From positions 124,001 through 188,000 of the forward strand of contig JBHGNT010000045.1 of assembly GCA_043228905.1 (NCBI GenBank): 64,000 nt of DNA, given 5' to 3'. Shown in pieces: positions 52,301 through 64,000 of this stretch (its first letter is position 1; each line of letters opens with the position of its first letter). Source of the stretch: Azolla caroliniana (taxonomy: Eukaryota; Plantae; Polypodiophyta). The translations under genes and the position numbers were made by a program. The notes beneath the pieces are model-generated. The model saw nothing but the letters and a program-made list of their open reading frames with translations. It did not search any database and had not been told where the DNA came from.

Positions 52301-55300
52301 GAAGCTAACAACGCTAGCTGTGCTACACAATTAAAAAATCAAGATTTTGAAACTCAGGTAGACAGACATGAAGAAAGTAGCAAAATTCACGAGGGACTTG
52401 AGAAGAGCCCGTGAGTAAATTAAAATGGTCATACCTGGCTCCTCTGATATCGGATTTTTGTGTTAAAACATGCAAATCGAACCTAACAACGCTAGCTACG
52501 CTACAGAATTAAAAAATCAAGATTTTGAAACTCAGGTCGAGAGACATGACGAAATTAGCAAAATTCAGGAGGGACTTGAGAAGAGCCCGTGAGTAAATTA
52601 AAATGGTCATACCTGGCTCCTGTGATATCGGATTTTTATGTTCAAACATCCGAATCGAAGCTAAGAACGCTAGCTATGTTACACAATTAAAAAATCAGGA
52701 TTTTGAAACTCAGGTAGAGAGACATGAAGAATTTAGCAAAATTGAGGAGGGACTTGTGAAGAGCCCGTGAGTAAATTAAAATGGTCATACCTAGCCCCTG
52801 TGATATCGGATTTTTGTGTTCAAACATGCGAGTCGAAGCTAACAACGCTAGCTGTGCTACACAATTAAAAAATTAAGATTTCTAAACTTAGGTCGAGAGA
52901 CATGAAGAAATTAGCAAAATTGAGGAGGGACTTGAGAAGAGCCCGTGAGTAAATTAAAATGGTCATACCTGGCTCCTGTGATATCGGATTTTTGTGTTCA
53001 AACATCCGAATCGAAGCTAACAACGCTAGCTATGCTACACAATTAAAAAATCAAGATTTTGAAACTCAGGTAGAGAGACATGAAGAATTTAGCAAAATTG
53101 AGGAGGGACTTGAGAAGAGCCCGTGAGTAAATTAAAATGGTCATACCTGGCTCCTGTGATATCGGATTTTTGTGTTCAAACATGCGAGTCGAAGCTAACA
53201 ACGCTAGCTGTGCTACACAATTAAAAAATTAAGATTTTTAAACTCAGGTCGAGAGACATGAAGAAATTAGCAAAATTGAGGAGGGACTTGAGAAGAGCCC
53301 GTGAGTAAATTAAAATGGTCATACCTGGCTCGTGTGATATCGGATTTTTGTGTTCAAACATCCGAATCGAAGCTAACAACGCTAGCTATGCTACACAATT
53401 AAATAATCAAGATTTTGAAACTCAGGTAGACAGACATGAAGAAAGTAGCAAAATTGAGGAGGGACTTGAGAAGAGCCCGTGAGTAAATTAAAATGGTCAT
53501 ACCTGGCTCCTCTGATATCGGATTTTTGTGTTAAAACATGCGAATCGAAGCTAACAACGCTAGCTATGCTACACAATTAAAATTTTCATACCTGGCTCCT
53601 GTGATATTAGATTTTTGTGTTCAAACATGCGAATGGAAGCTAACAACGCTAGCTATGCTACACAATTAAAAAATCAAGATTTCTAAACTGAGGTCGAGAG
53701 ACATGAAGAAATTAGCAAAATTGAGGAGGGACTTGAGAAGAGCCCGTGAGTAAATTAAAATGGTCATACCTGGCTCCTGTGATATCGGATTTTTGTGTTC
53801 AAACATCCGAATCGAAGCTAACAACGCTAGCTATGCTACACAATTAAAAAATCAAGATTTTGAAACTCATGTAGAGAGACATGAAGAATTTAGCAAAATT
53901 GAGGAGGGACTTGTGAAGAGCCCGTGAGTAAATTAAAATGGTCATACCTAGCCCCTGTGATATCGGATTTTTGTGTTCAAATATGCGAGTCGAAGCTAAC
54001 AACGCTAGCTGTGCTACACAATTAAAAAATTAAGATTTTTAAACTCAGGTCGAGAGACATGAAGAAATTAGCAAAATTGAGGAGGGACTTGAGAAGAGCC
54101 CGTGAGTAAATTAAAATGGTCATACCTGGCTCCTGTGATATCGGATTTTTGTGTTCAAACATCCGAATCGAAGCTAACAACGCTAGCTATGCTACACAAT
54201 TAAAAAATCAAGATTTTGAAACTCAGTTAGACAGACATGAAGAAAGTAGCAAAATTCAGGAGGGACTTGAGAAGAGCCCGTGAGTAAATTAAAATGGTCA
54301 TACCTGGCTCCTCTGATATCGGATTTTTGTGTTAAAACATGCAAATCGAACCTAACAACGCTAGCTACGCTACACAATTAAAAAATCAAGATTTTGAAAC
54401 TCAGGTCGAGAGACATGACAAAATTAGCAAAATTCAGGAGGGACTTGAGAAGAGCCCGTGAGTAAATTAAAATGGTCATACCTGGCTCCGCTGATATCGG
54501 ATTTTTGTGTTCAAACATGCGAGTCGAAGCTAACAACGCTAGCTGTGCTACACAATTAAAAAATCAAGATTTTGAAACTCAGGTAGACAGACATGAAGAA
54601 AGTAGCAAAATTCAGGAGGGACTTGAGAAGAGCCCGTGAGTAAATTAAAATGGTCATACCTGGCTCCTCTGATATCGGATTTTTGTGTTAAAACATGCAA
54701 ATCGAACCTAACAACGCTAGCTACGCTACACAATTAAAAAATCAAGATTTTGAAACTCAGGTCGAGAGACATGACGAAATTAGCAAAATTCAGGAGGGAC
54801 TTGAGAAGAGCCCGTGAGTAAATTAAAATGGTCATACCTGGCTCCTGTGATATCGGATTTTTATGTTCAAACATCCGAATCGAAGCTAACAACGCTAGCT
54901 ATGTTACACAATTAAAAAATCAGGATTTTGAAACTCAGGTAGAGAGACATGAAGAATTTAGCAAAATTGAGGAGGGACTTGTGAAGAGCCCGTGAGTAAA
55001 TTAAAATGGTCATACCTAGCCCCTGTGATATCGGATTTTTGTGTTCAAACATGCGAGTCGAAGCTAACAACGCTAGCTGTGCTACACAATTAAAAAATTA
55101 AGATTTCTAAACTGAGGTCGAGAGACATGAAGAAATTAGCAAAATTGAGGAGGGACTTGAGAAGAGCCCGTGAGTAAATTAAAATGGTCATACCTGGCTC
55201 CTGTGATATCGGATTTTTGTGTTCAAACATCCGAATCGAAGCTAACAACGCTAGCTATGCTACACAATTAAAAAATCAAGATTTTGAAACTCAGGTAGAG

Positions 55301-58300
55301 AGACATGAAGAATTTAGCAAAATTGAGGAGGGACTTGAGAAGAGCCCGTGAGTAAATTAAAATGGTCATACCTGGCTCCTCTGATATCGGATTTTTATGT
55401 TCAAACAACCGAATCGAAGCTAACAACGCTAGCTATGCTACACAATTAAAAAATCAAGATTTTGAAACTCAGGTAGAGAGACATGAAGAATTTAGCAAAA
55501 TTGAGGAGGGACTTGTGAAGAGCCCGTGAGTAAATAAAAATGGTCATACCTGGCTCGTGTGATATCTGATTTTTGTGTTCAAACATGCGAATCGAAGCTA
55601 ACAAAACTAGCTATGATAGGGAATTCAAAAATGAAGATTTTGAAACTCAGGTCGAGAGACATGAAGAAATAAGCAAATTTGAGGAGGGACTTGAGAAGAG
55701 TCCGTGAGTAAATAAAAATGGTCATACCTGGCTCGTGTGATATCTGATTTTTGTGTTCAAACATGCGAATCGAAGCTAACAACGCTAGCTATGATACGGA
55801 ATTCTAAAATCTAGATTTTGAAACTTAGGTCGAGAGACAAGAAGAAATTAGCAACTTTGAGGAGGGACTTGAGAAGAGGACGTGAGTAAATAAAAATGGT
55901 CGTACATGGCTCGTGTGATATCGGATATTTGTGCTCAAACATGCGAATCGAAACTAACAACGCTAGCTATGATATGGAATTAAAAAATCAAGATTTTGAA
56001 ACTCAGGTCGAGAGAGATGAAGAAATTAGCAAATTTGACGACGGACATGAGAAGACTCCGTGAGTAAATTAAAATGGTCATACCTGGGTTGTGTTATATC
56101 TGATTTTTGTGTTCAAACATACGAATCGAAGCTAACAACGCTAGGTATGATATAGAACTAAAAAATCAAGATTTTGAAACTGAAGTCGAGAGACATAAAG
56201 AAATTAGCAAATTTGATGACGGACATGAGAAAACGCAATCAGTAAATTAAAATGGTCATACCTGGGTTGTGTTATATCGGATTTTTGTGTTCAGACATGC
56301 GAATCGAAGCTAACAACGCTAGGTATGATATAGAACTAAAAAATCAAGATTTTGAAACTGAGGTCGAGAGACATGAAGAAATTAGCAAATTTGAGGACGG
56401 CCATGAGAAGAGCCCGTGAGTAAATTAAAATGGTCATACCTGGCTCGTGTGATATCGGATTTTTGTGTTCAAACATGCGAATCGAAGCTAACAACGCTAG
56501 CAATGATATGGAATTAAAAAATCAAGATTTTGAAACTCAGGTCGAGAGACATGAAAAATTAGCAAATTTGAGGAGGGACTTGAGAAGAGGACGTGAGTAA
56601 ATTAAAATGGTCATACCTGGGTTGTGTTATATCGGATTTCTGTGTTCAAACATGCGAATCGAAGCTAACAACGCTAGGTATGATATAGAACTAAAAAATC
56701 AAGATTTTGACACTCAGGTCGAGAGACATGAAGAAATTAGCAAATTTGAGGACGGCCATGAGAAGAGCCCGTGAGTAAATTAAAATGGTTATACATGGCT
56801 CGTGTGATATCGGATTTTTGTGTTCAAACATGCGAATCGAAGCTAACAACGCTAGCTATGATATAGAACTAAAAAATCAAGATTTTGAAACTCAGGTCGA
56901 GAGACATGAAGAAAATAGCAAATTTGAAGAGGGACTTGAGAAGAGCCCGTGAGTAAAGAAAAATGGTCATACCTCGCTCGTGTGATATCGGATTTTTGTG
57001 GTCAAACATGCGAATCGAAGCTAACAACGCTAGCTATGATATGGAATTTAAAAATCAAGATTTGAAGCTCAGGTCGACAGACATGACGAAATTAGCAAAT
57101 TTCAGGAGGTACTTGAGAAGAGCCCGTGAGTAAATTAAAATGGTCATACCTGGCTCCTGTGATATCGGATTTTTGTGTTAAAACATGCGAATCGAAGCTA
57201 ACAACGCTACCTGTGTTACACAATTAAAAAATCAAGATTTCGAAACTCAGGTCGAGAGACATGACGAAATTAGCAAAATTGAGGAGGGACTTGTGAAGAG
57301 CTAGTGAGTAAATTAAAATGGTCATACCTGGCTCCTGTGATATCGGATTTTTGTGTTCAAACATCCGAATCGAAGCTAACAACGCTAGCTGTGTTACACA
57401 ATTAAAAAATCAAGATTTCGAATGTCAGGTAGAGAGACATGAAGAAATTAGCAAAATTGAGGAGGGACTTGAGAAGAGCCCGTGAGTAAATTAAAATGGT
57501 CATACCTGGTTCCTATGATATCGGATTTTTGTGTTCAAACATCCGAATCGAAGCTAACAACACTAGCTATGCTACACAATTAAAAAATCAAGATTTTGAA
57601 ACTCAGGTAGAGAGACATGTAGAAAGTAGCAAAATTGAGGAGGGACTTGAGAAGAGCCCGTGAGTAAATTAAAATGGTCATACCTAGCTCCTCTGATATT
57701 GGATTTTTGTGTTCAAACATCCGAATCGAAGCTAACAACGCTAGCTATGCTAAACAATTAAAAAATCGAGATTTTGAAACTCAGGTCGAGAGACATGACG
57801 AAATTAGCAAAATTGAGGAGGGACTTGAGAAGAGTCCGTGAGTAAATTAAAATGGTCATACCTGGCTCCTGTGATATCGGATTTTTGTGTTCAAACATCC
57901 GAATCGAAGCTAACAATGCTAGCTATGCTACACAATTAAAAAATCAAGATTTTGAAACTCAGGTTGAGAGACATGACGAAATTAGCAAAATTGAGAAGGG
58001 ACTTGTGAAGAGCCCGTGAGTAAATTAAAATGGTCATACCTGGCTCCTGTCATATCAGATTTTTGTGTTCAAACATCCGAATCGAAGCTAACAACGCTAG
58101 CTATGTTACACAATTAAAAAATCAGGATTTTGAAACTCAGGTAGAGAGACATGAAGAATTTAGCAAAATTGAGGAGGGACTTGTGAAGAGCCCGTGAGTA
58201 AATTAAAATGGTCATACCTGGCTCCTGTCATATCAGATTTTTGTGTTAAAACATGCGAATCGAAGCTAACAACGCTACCTGTGATACACAATTAAAAAAT

Positions 58301-61300
58301 CAAGATTTCGAAACTCAGGTCGAGAGACATGACGAAATTAGCAAAATTGAGGAGGGACTTGTGAAGAGCTAGTGAGTAAATTAAAATGGTCATACCTGGC
58401 TCCTGTGATACCGGATTTTTGTGTTCAAACATCCGAATCGAAGCTAACAACGCTAGCTGTGTTACACAGTTAAAAAATCAAGATTTCGAATGTCAGGTAG
58501 AGAGACATGAAGAAATTAGCAAAATTGAGGAGGGACTTGAGAAGAGCCCGTGAGTAAATTAAAATGGTCATACCTGGTTCCTATGATATCGGATTTTTGT
58601 GTTCAAACATCCGAATCGAAGCTAACAACACTAGCTATGCTACACAATTAAAAAATCAAGATTTTGAAACTCAGGTAGAGAGACATGTAGAAAGTAGCAA
58701 AATTGAGGAGGGACTTGAGAAGAGCCCGTGAGTAAATTAAAATGGTCATACCTAGCTCCTCTGATATTGGATTTTTGTGTTCAAACATCCGAATCGAAGC
58801 TAACAACGCTAGCTATGCTAAACAATTAAAAAATCGAGATTTTGAAACTCAGGTCGAGAGACATGACGAAATTAGCAAAATTGAGGAGGGACTTGAGAAG
58901 AGTCCGTGAGTAAATTAAAATGGTCATACCTGGCTCCTCTGATATTGGATTTTTGTGTTCAAACATCCGAATCGAAGCTAACAACACTAGCTATGCTACA
59001 CAATTAAAAAATCAAGATTTTGAAACTCAGGTAGAGAGACATGAATAAAGTAGCAAAATTGAGGAGGGACTTGAGAAGAGCCCGTGAGTAAATTAAAATG
59101 GTCATACCTGGCTCCGCTGATATCGGATTTTTGTGTTAAACATGCGAATCGAACCTAACAACGCTAGCTACGCTACACATTGAAAAAATCAAGATTTTGA
59201 AACTCAGGTCGAGAGACATGATGAAATTAGCAAAATTCAGGAGGGACTTGAGAAGAGCCCGTGAGTAAATTAAAATGGTCATACCTGGCTCCTCTGATAT
59301 CGGATTTTTGTGTTCAAACATCCGAATCGAAGCTAACAATGCTCGCTATGCTACACAATTAAAAAATCAATATTTTGAAACTCAGGTCGAGAGACATGAC
59401 GAAATTAGCAAAATTGAGGAGGGACTTGAGAAGAGCCCGTAAGTAAATTAAAATGGTCATACCTGGGTCCTCTGATATCGGATTTTTGTGTTAAAACATG
59501 CGAGTCGAAGCTAACAACGCTAGCTACGCTACACATTTAAAAAATCAAGATTTTGAAACTCAGGTCGAGAGACATGACGAAATTAGCAAAATTGAGGAGG
59601 GACTTGAGAAGAGCCCGTGAGTAAATTAAAATGGTCATACCTAGCTCCTCTGATATCGGATTTTTGTGTTAAAACATGCGAATCGAACCTAACAACGCTA
59701 GCTATGCTACACAATTAAAAAATCAAGATTTTGAAACTCAGGTAGAGAGACATGAAGAATTTAGCAAAATTGAGGAGGGACTTGTGAAGAGCCCGTGAGT
59801 AAATTAAAATGGTCATACCTGGCTCCTGTGATATCGGATTTTTGTGTTCAAACATGCGAGTCGAAGCTAACAACGCTAGCTGTGCTACACAATTAAAAAA
59901 TTAAGATTTTTAAACTCAGGTCGAGAGACATGAAGAAATTAGCAAAATTGAGGAGGGACTTGAGAAGAGCCCGTGAGTAAATTAAAATGGTCATACCTGG
60001 CTCCTGTGATATCGGATTTTTGTGTTCAAACATCCGAATCGAAGCTAACAACGCTAGCTATGCTACACAATTAAATAATCAAGATTTTGAAACTCAGGTA
60101 GACAGACATGAAGAAAGTAGCAAAATTGAGGAGGGACTTGAGAAGAGCCCGTGAGTAAATTAAAATGGTCATACCTGGCTCCTCTGATATCGGATTTTTG
60201 TGTTAAAACATGCGAATCGAAGCTAACAACGCTAGCTATGCTACACAATTAAAATTTTCATACCTGGCTCCTGTGATATTAGATTTTTGTGTTCAAACAT
60301 GCGAATGGAAGCTAACAACGCTAGCTATGCTACACAATTAAAAAATCAAGATTTCTAAACTGAGGTCGAGAGACATGAAGAAATTAGCAAAATTGAGGAG
60401 GGACTTGAGAAGAGCCCGTGAGTAAATTAAAATGGTCATACCTGGCTCCTGTGATATCGGATTTTTGTGTTCAAACATCCGAATCGAAGCTAACAACGCT
60501 AGCTATGCTACACAATTAAAAAATCAAGATTTTGAAACTCAGGTAGAGAGACATGAAGAATTTAGCAAAATTGAGGAGGGACTTGTGAAGAGCCCGTGAG
60601 TAAATTAAAATGGTCATACCTAGCCCCTGTGATATCGGATTTTTGTGTTCAAACATGCGAGTCGAAGCTAACAACGCTAGCTGTGCTACACAATTAAAAA
60701 ATTAAGATTTTTAAACTCAGGTCGAGAGACATGAAGAAATTAGCAAAATTGAGGAGGGACTTGAGAAGAGCCCGTGAGTAAATTAAAATGGTCATACCTG
60801 GCTCCTGTGATATCGGATTTTTGTGTTCAAACATCCGAATCGAAGCTAACAACGCTAGCTATGCTACACAATTAAAAAATCAAGATTTTGAAACTCAGTT
60901 AGACAGACATGAAGAAAGTAGCAAAATTCAGGAGGGACTTGAGAAGAGCCCGTGAGTAAATTAAAATGGTCATACCTGGCTCCTCTGATATCGGATTTTT
61001 GTGTTAAAACATGCAAATCGAACCTAACAACGCTAGCTACGCTACACAATTAAAAAATCAAGATTTTGAAACTCAGGTCGAGAGACATGACAAAATTAGC
61101 AAAATTCAGGAGGGACTTGAGAAGAGCCCGTGAGTAAATTAAAATGGTCATACCTGGCTCCGCTGAGATCGGATTTTTGTGTTCAAACATGCGAGTCGAA
61201 GCTAACAACGCTAGCTGTGCTACACAATTAAAAAATCAAGATTTTGAAACTCAGGTAGACAGACATGAAGAAAGTAGCAAAATTCAGGAGGGACTTGAGA

Positions 61301-64000
61301 AGAGCCCGTGAGTAAATTAAAATGGTCATACCTGGCTCCTCTGATATCGGATTTTTGTGTTAAAACATGCAAATCGAACCTAACAACGCTAGCTACGCTA
61401 CACAATTAAAAAATCAAGATTTTGAAACTCAGGTCGAGAGACATGACGAAATTAGCAAAATTCAGGAGGGACTTGAGAAGAGCCCGTGAGTAAATTAAAA
61501 TGGTCATACCTGGCTCCTGTGATATCGGATTTTTATGTTCAAACATCCGAATCGAAGCTAACAACGCTAGCTATGTTACACAATTAAAAAATCAGGATTT
61601 TGAAACTCAGGTAGAGAGACAGGAAGAATTTAGCAAAATTGAGGAGGGACTTGTGAAGAGCCCGTGAGTAAATTAAAATGGTCATACCTAGCCCCTGTGA
61701 TATCGGATTTTTGTGTTCAAACATGCGAGTCGAAGCTAACAACGCTAGCTGTGCTACACAATTAAAAAATTAAGATTTCTAAACTGAGGTCGAGAGACAT
61801 GAAGAAATTAGCAAAATTGAGGAGGGACTTGAGAAGAGCCCGTGAGTAAATTAAAATGGTCATACCTGGCTCCTGTGATATCGGATTTTTGTGTTCAAAC
61901 ATCCGAATCGAAGCTAACAACGCTAGGTATGCTACACAATTAAAAAATCAAGATTTTGAAACTCAGGTAGAGAGACATGAAGAATTTAGCAAAATTGAGG
62001 AGGGACTTGTGAAGAGCCCGTGAGTAAATTAAAATGGTCATACCTGGCTCCTGTGATATCGGATTTTTGTGTTCAAACATGCGAGTCGAAGCTAACAACG
62101 CTAGCTGTGCTACACAATTAAAAAATTAAGATTTTTAAACTTAGGTCGAGAGACATGAAGAAATTAGCAAAATTGAGGAGGGGACTTGAGAAGAGCCCGT
62201 GAGTAAATTAAAATGGTCATACCTAGCCCCTGTGATATCGGATTTTTGTGTTCAAACATGCGAGTCGAAGCTAACAACGCTAGCTGTGCTACACAATTAA
62301 AAAATTAAGATTTTTAAACTCAGGTCGAGAGACATGAAGAAATTAGCAAAATTGAGGAGGGACTTGAGAAGAGCCCGTGAGTAAATTAAAATGGTCATAC
62401 CTGGCTCCTGTGATATCGGATTTTTGTGTTCAAACATCCGAATCGAAGCTAACAACGCTAGCTATGCTACATAATTAAAAAATCAAGATTTCGAAACTCA
62501 GGTAGAGAGACATGAAGAAATTAGCAAAATTGAGGAGGGACTTGAGAAGAGCCCGTGAGTAAATTAAAATGGTCATACCTGGCTCCTGTGATATCGGATT
62601 TTTGTGTTCAAACATCCGAATCGAAGCTAACAACGCTAGCTGTGTTACACAATTAAAAAATCAGGATTTTGAAACTCAGGTAGAGAGACATGAAGAATTT
62701 AGCAAAATTGAGGAGGGACTTGTGAAGAGCCCGTGAGTAAATTAAAATGGTCATACCTGGCTCCTGTGATATCGGATTTTTGTGTTCAAACATGCGAGTC
62801 GAAGCTAACAACACTAGCTATGATATAGAACTAAAAATTCAGGAGGGACTTGAGAAGAGCCCGTGAGTAAATTAAAATGGTCATACCTGGCTCCTGTGAT
62901 ATCGGATTTTTATGTTCAAACATCCGAATCGAAGCTAACAACGCTAGCTATGCTACACAATTAAAAAATCAAGATTTTGAAACTCAGGTAGAGAGACATG
63001 AAGAATTTAGCAAAATTGAGGAGGGACTTGTGAAGAGCCCGTGAGTAAATTAAAATGGTCATACCTGGCTCCTGTGATATCGGATTTTTGTGTTCAAACA
63101 TCCGAATCGAAGCTAACAACGCTAGCTATGCTACACAATTAAAAAATCAAGATTTTGAAACTCAGGTAGACAGACATGAAGAAAGTAGCAAAATTCAGGA
63201 GGGACTTGAGAAGAGCCCGTGAGTAAATTAAAATGGTCATACCTGGCTCCTCTGATATCGGATTTTTGTGTTAAAACATGCAAATCGAACCTAACAACGC
63301 TAGCTACGCTACACAATTAAAAAATCAAGATTTTGAAACTCAGGTCGAGAGACATGACAAAATTAGCAAAATTCAGGAGGGACTTGAGAAGAGCCCGTGA
63401 GTAAATTAAAATGGTCATACCTGGCTCCTGTGATATCGGATTTTTATGTTCAAACATCCGAATCGAAGCTAACAACGCTAGCTATGTTACACAATTAAAA
63501 AATCAGGATTTTGAAACTCAGGTAGAGAGACATGAAGAATTTAGCAAAATTGAGGAGGGACTTGTGAAGAGCCCGTGAGTAAATTAAAATGGTCATACCT
63601 AGCCCCTGTGATATCGGATTTTTGTGTTCAAACATGCGAGTCGAAGCTAACAACGCTAGCTGTGCTACACAATTAAAAAATTAAGATTTTTAAACTTAGG
63701 TCGAGAGACATGAAGAAATTAGCAAAATTGAGGAGGGGACTTGAGAAGAGCCCGTGAGTAAATTAAAATGGTCATACCTAGCCCCTGTGATATCGGATTT
63801 TTGTGTTCAAACATGCGAGTCGAAGCTAACAACGCTAGCTGTGCTACACAATTAAAAAATTAAGATTTTTAAACTCAGGTCGAGAGACATGAAGAAATTA
63901 GCAAAATTGAGGAGGGACTTGTGAAGAGCCCGTGAGTAAATTAAAATGGTCATACCTGGCTCCTCTGATATCGGATTTTTGTGTTAAAACATGCAAATCG
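25341..64000 (+). repeat. Young homogeneous satellite subfamily F, interrupted by an E-type island at ~55531-57145
   Basis: Diagnostic motifs ggctcctgtg, catccga, gctatgctacacaatt and gcaaaattgagg. Units of 178, 174, 130 and 89 bp. Confidence 0.9.
55531..57145 (+). repeat. Island of about 9 older E-type monomers inside F
   Basis: Reverts to ggctcgtgtg, gctatgatatagaact and gcaaatttgacgacggacatg. Confidence 0.9.

Larger units (their letters stand above)
1..64000 (+). repeat. 178-bp tandem satellite array (putative centromeric/pericentromeric), interrupted at 4553-5215 and 7300-8913
   Basis: Head-to-tail monomer. Young consensus: aattaaaatggtcatacctggctcctgtgatatcggatttttgtgttcaaacatccgaatcgaagctaacaacgctagctatgctacacaattaaaaaatcaagattttgaaactcaggtagagagacatgaagaaattagcaaaattgaggagggacttgagaagagcccgtgagta (178 nt by count). 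Satellite ORFs recur at 178-bp offsets (6254/6432/6610; 9434/9612/9790). Centromeric identity is inferred from monomer length and array structure only. Confidence 0.97.

Noticed and set aside
101-63316. Over 100 short similar ORFs (MFEHKNPISHEP..., MCSIASVVSFDSHV...) resembling a peptide gene family
   Set aside because: They are translations of the satellite in several frames and on both strands. They open and close with single monomer variants and show no frame conservation.
1-64000. CRISPR array
   Set aside because: No unique spacers and no cas genes. The whole 178-bp unit is repeated and the context is eukaryotic.
1-64000. Identity with Arabidopsis CEN178, or a CENP-B box
   Set aside because: Only the length matches. 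I recognise no CEN178 sequence motifs and no TTCG-N4-A-N2-CGGG box.

Overview
Eukaryotic, most likely plant, non-coding DNA. About 96% of the window is one head-to-tail tandem satellite array with a 178-bp monomer (roughly 350 copies), which looks like the edge of a centromeric or pericentromeric array. The satellite is layered into subfamilies (named A-F here). The left ~14 kb is diverged and rearranged, with a 300-bp inversion and many deletions. A more uniform layer follows (13.6-25.3 kb), then a highly homogeneous young layer (25.3-64 kb) with exact 89-bp half-monomers and nested 1.5-7.3 kb duplications. The only non-satellite DNA comes from one Ty1/copia LTR-retrotransposon family: a composite LTR insertion with a 5-bp TSD (4553-5215, minus strand) and a doubly truncated, internally deleted gag/integrase remnant (7300-8913, plus strand). 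There are no intact genes, and the short ORFs across the satellite are artefacts of the repeat. Main points: (i) a derived variant in the youngest layer removes a mismatch from an 11-bp hairpin stem; (ii) the monomer splits exactly into 89+89 bp; (iii) an older-type island repeats the old-to-young junction 31.8 kb downstream; (iv) the retroelement pieces look like templated patchworks; (v) there are weak colinear similarities between the LTR and the satellite. All alignments were done by eye, and layer and duplication boundaries are approximate.
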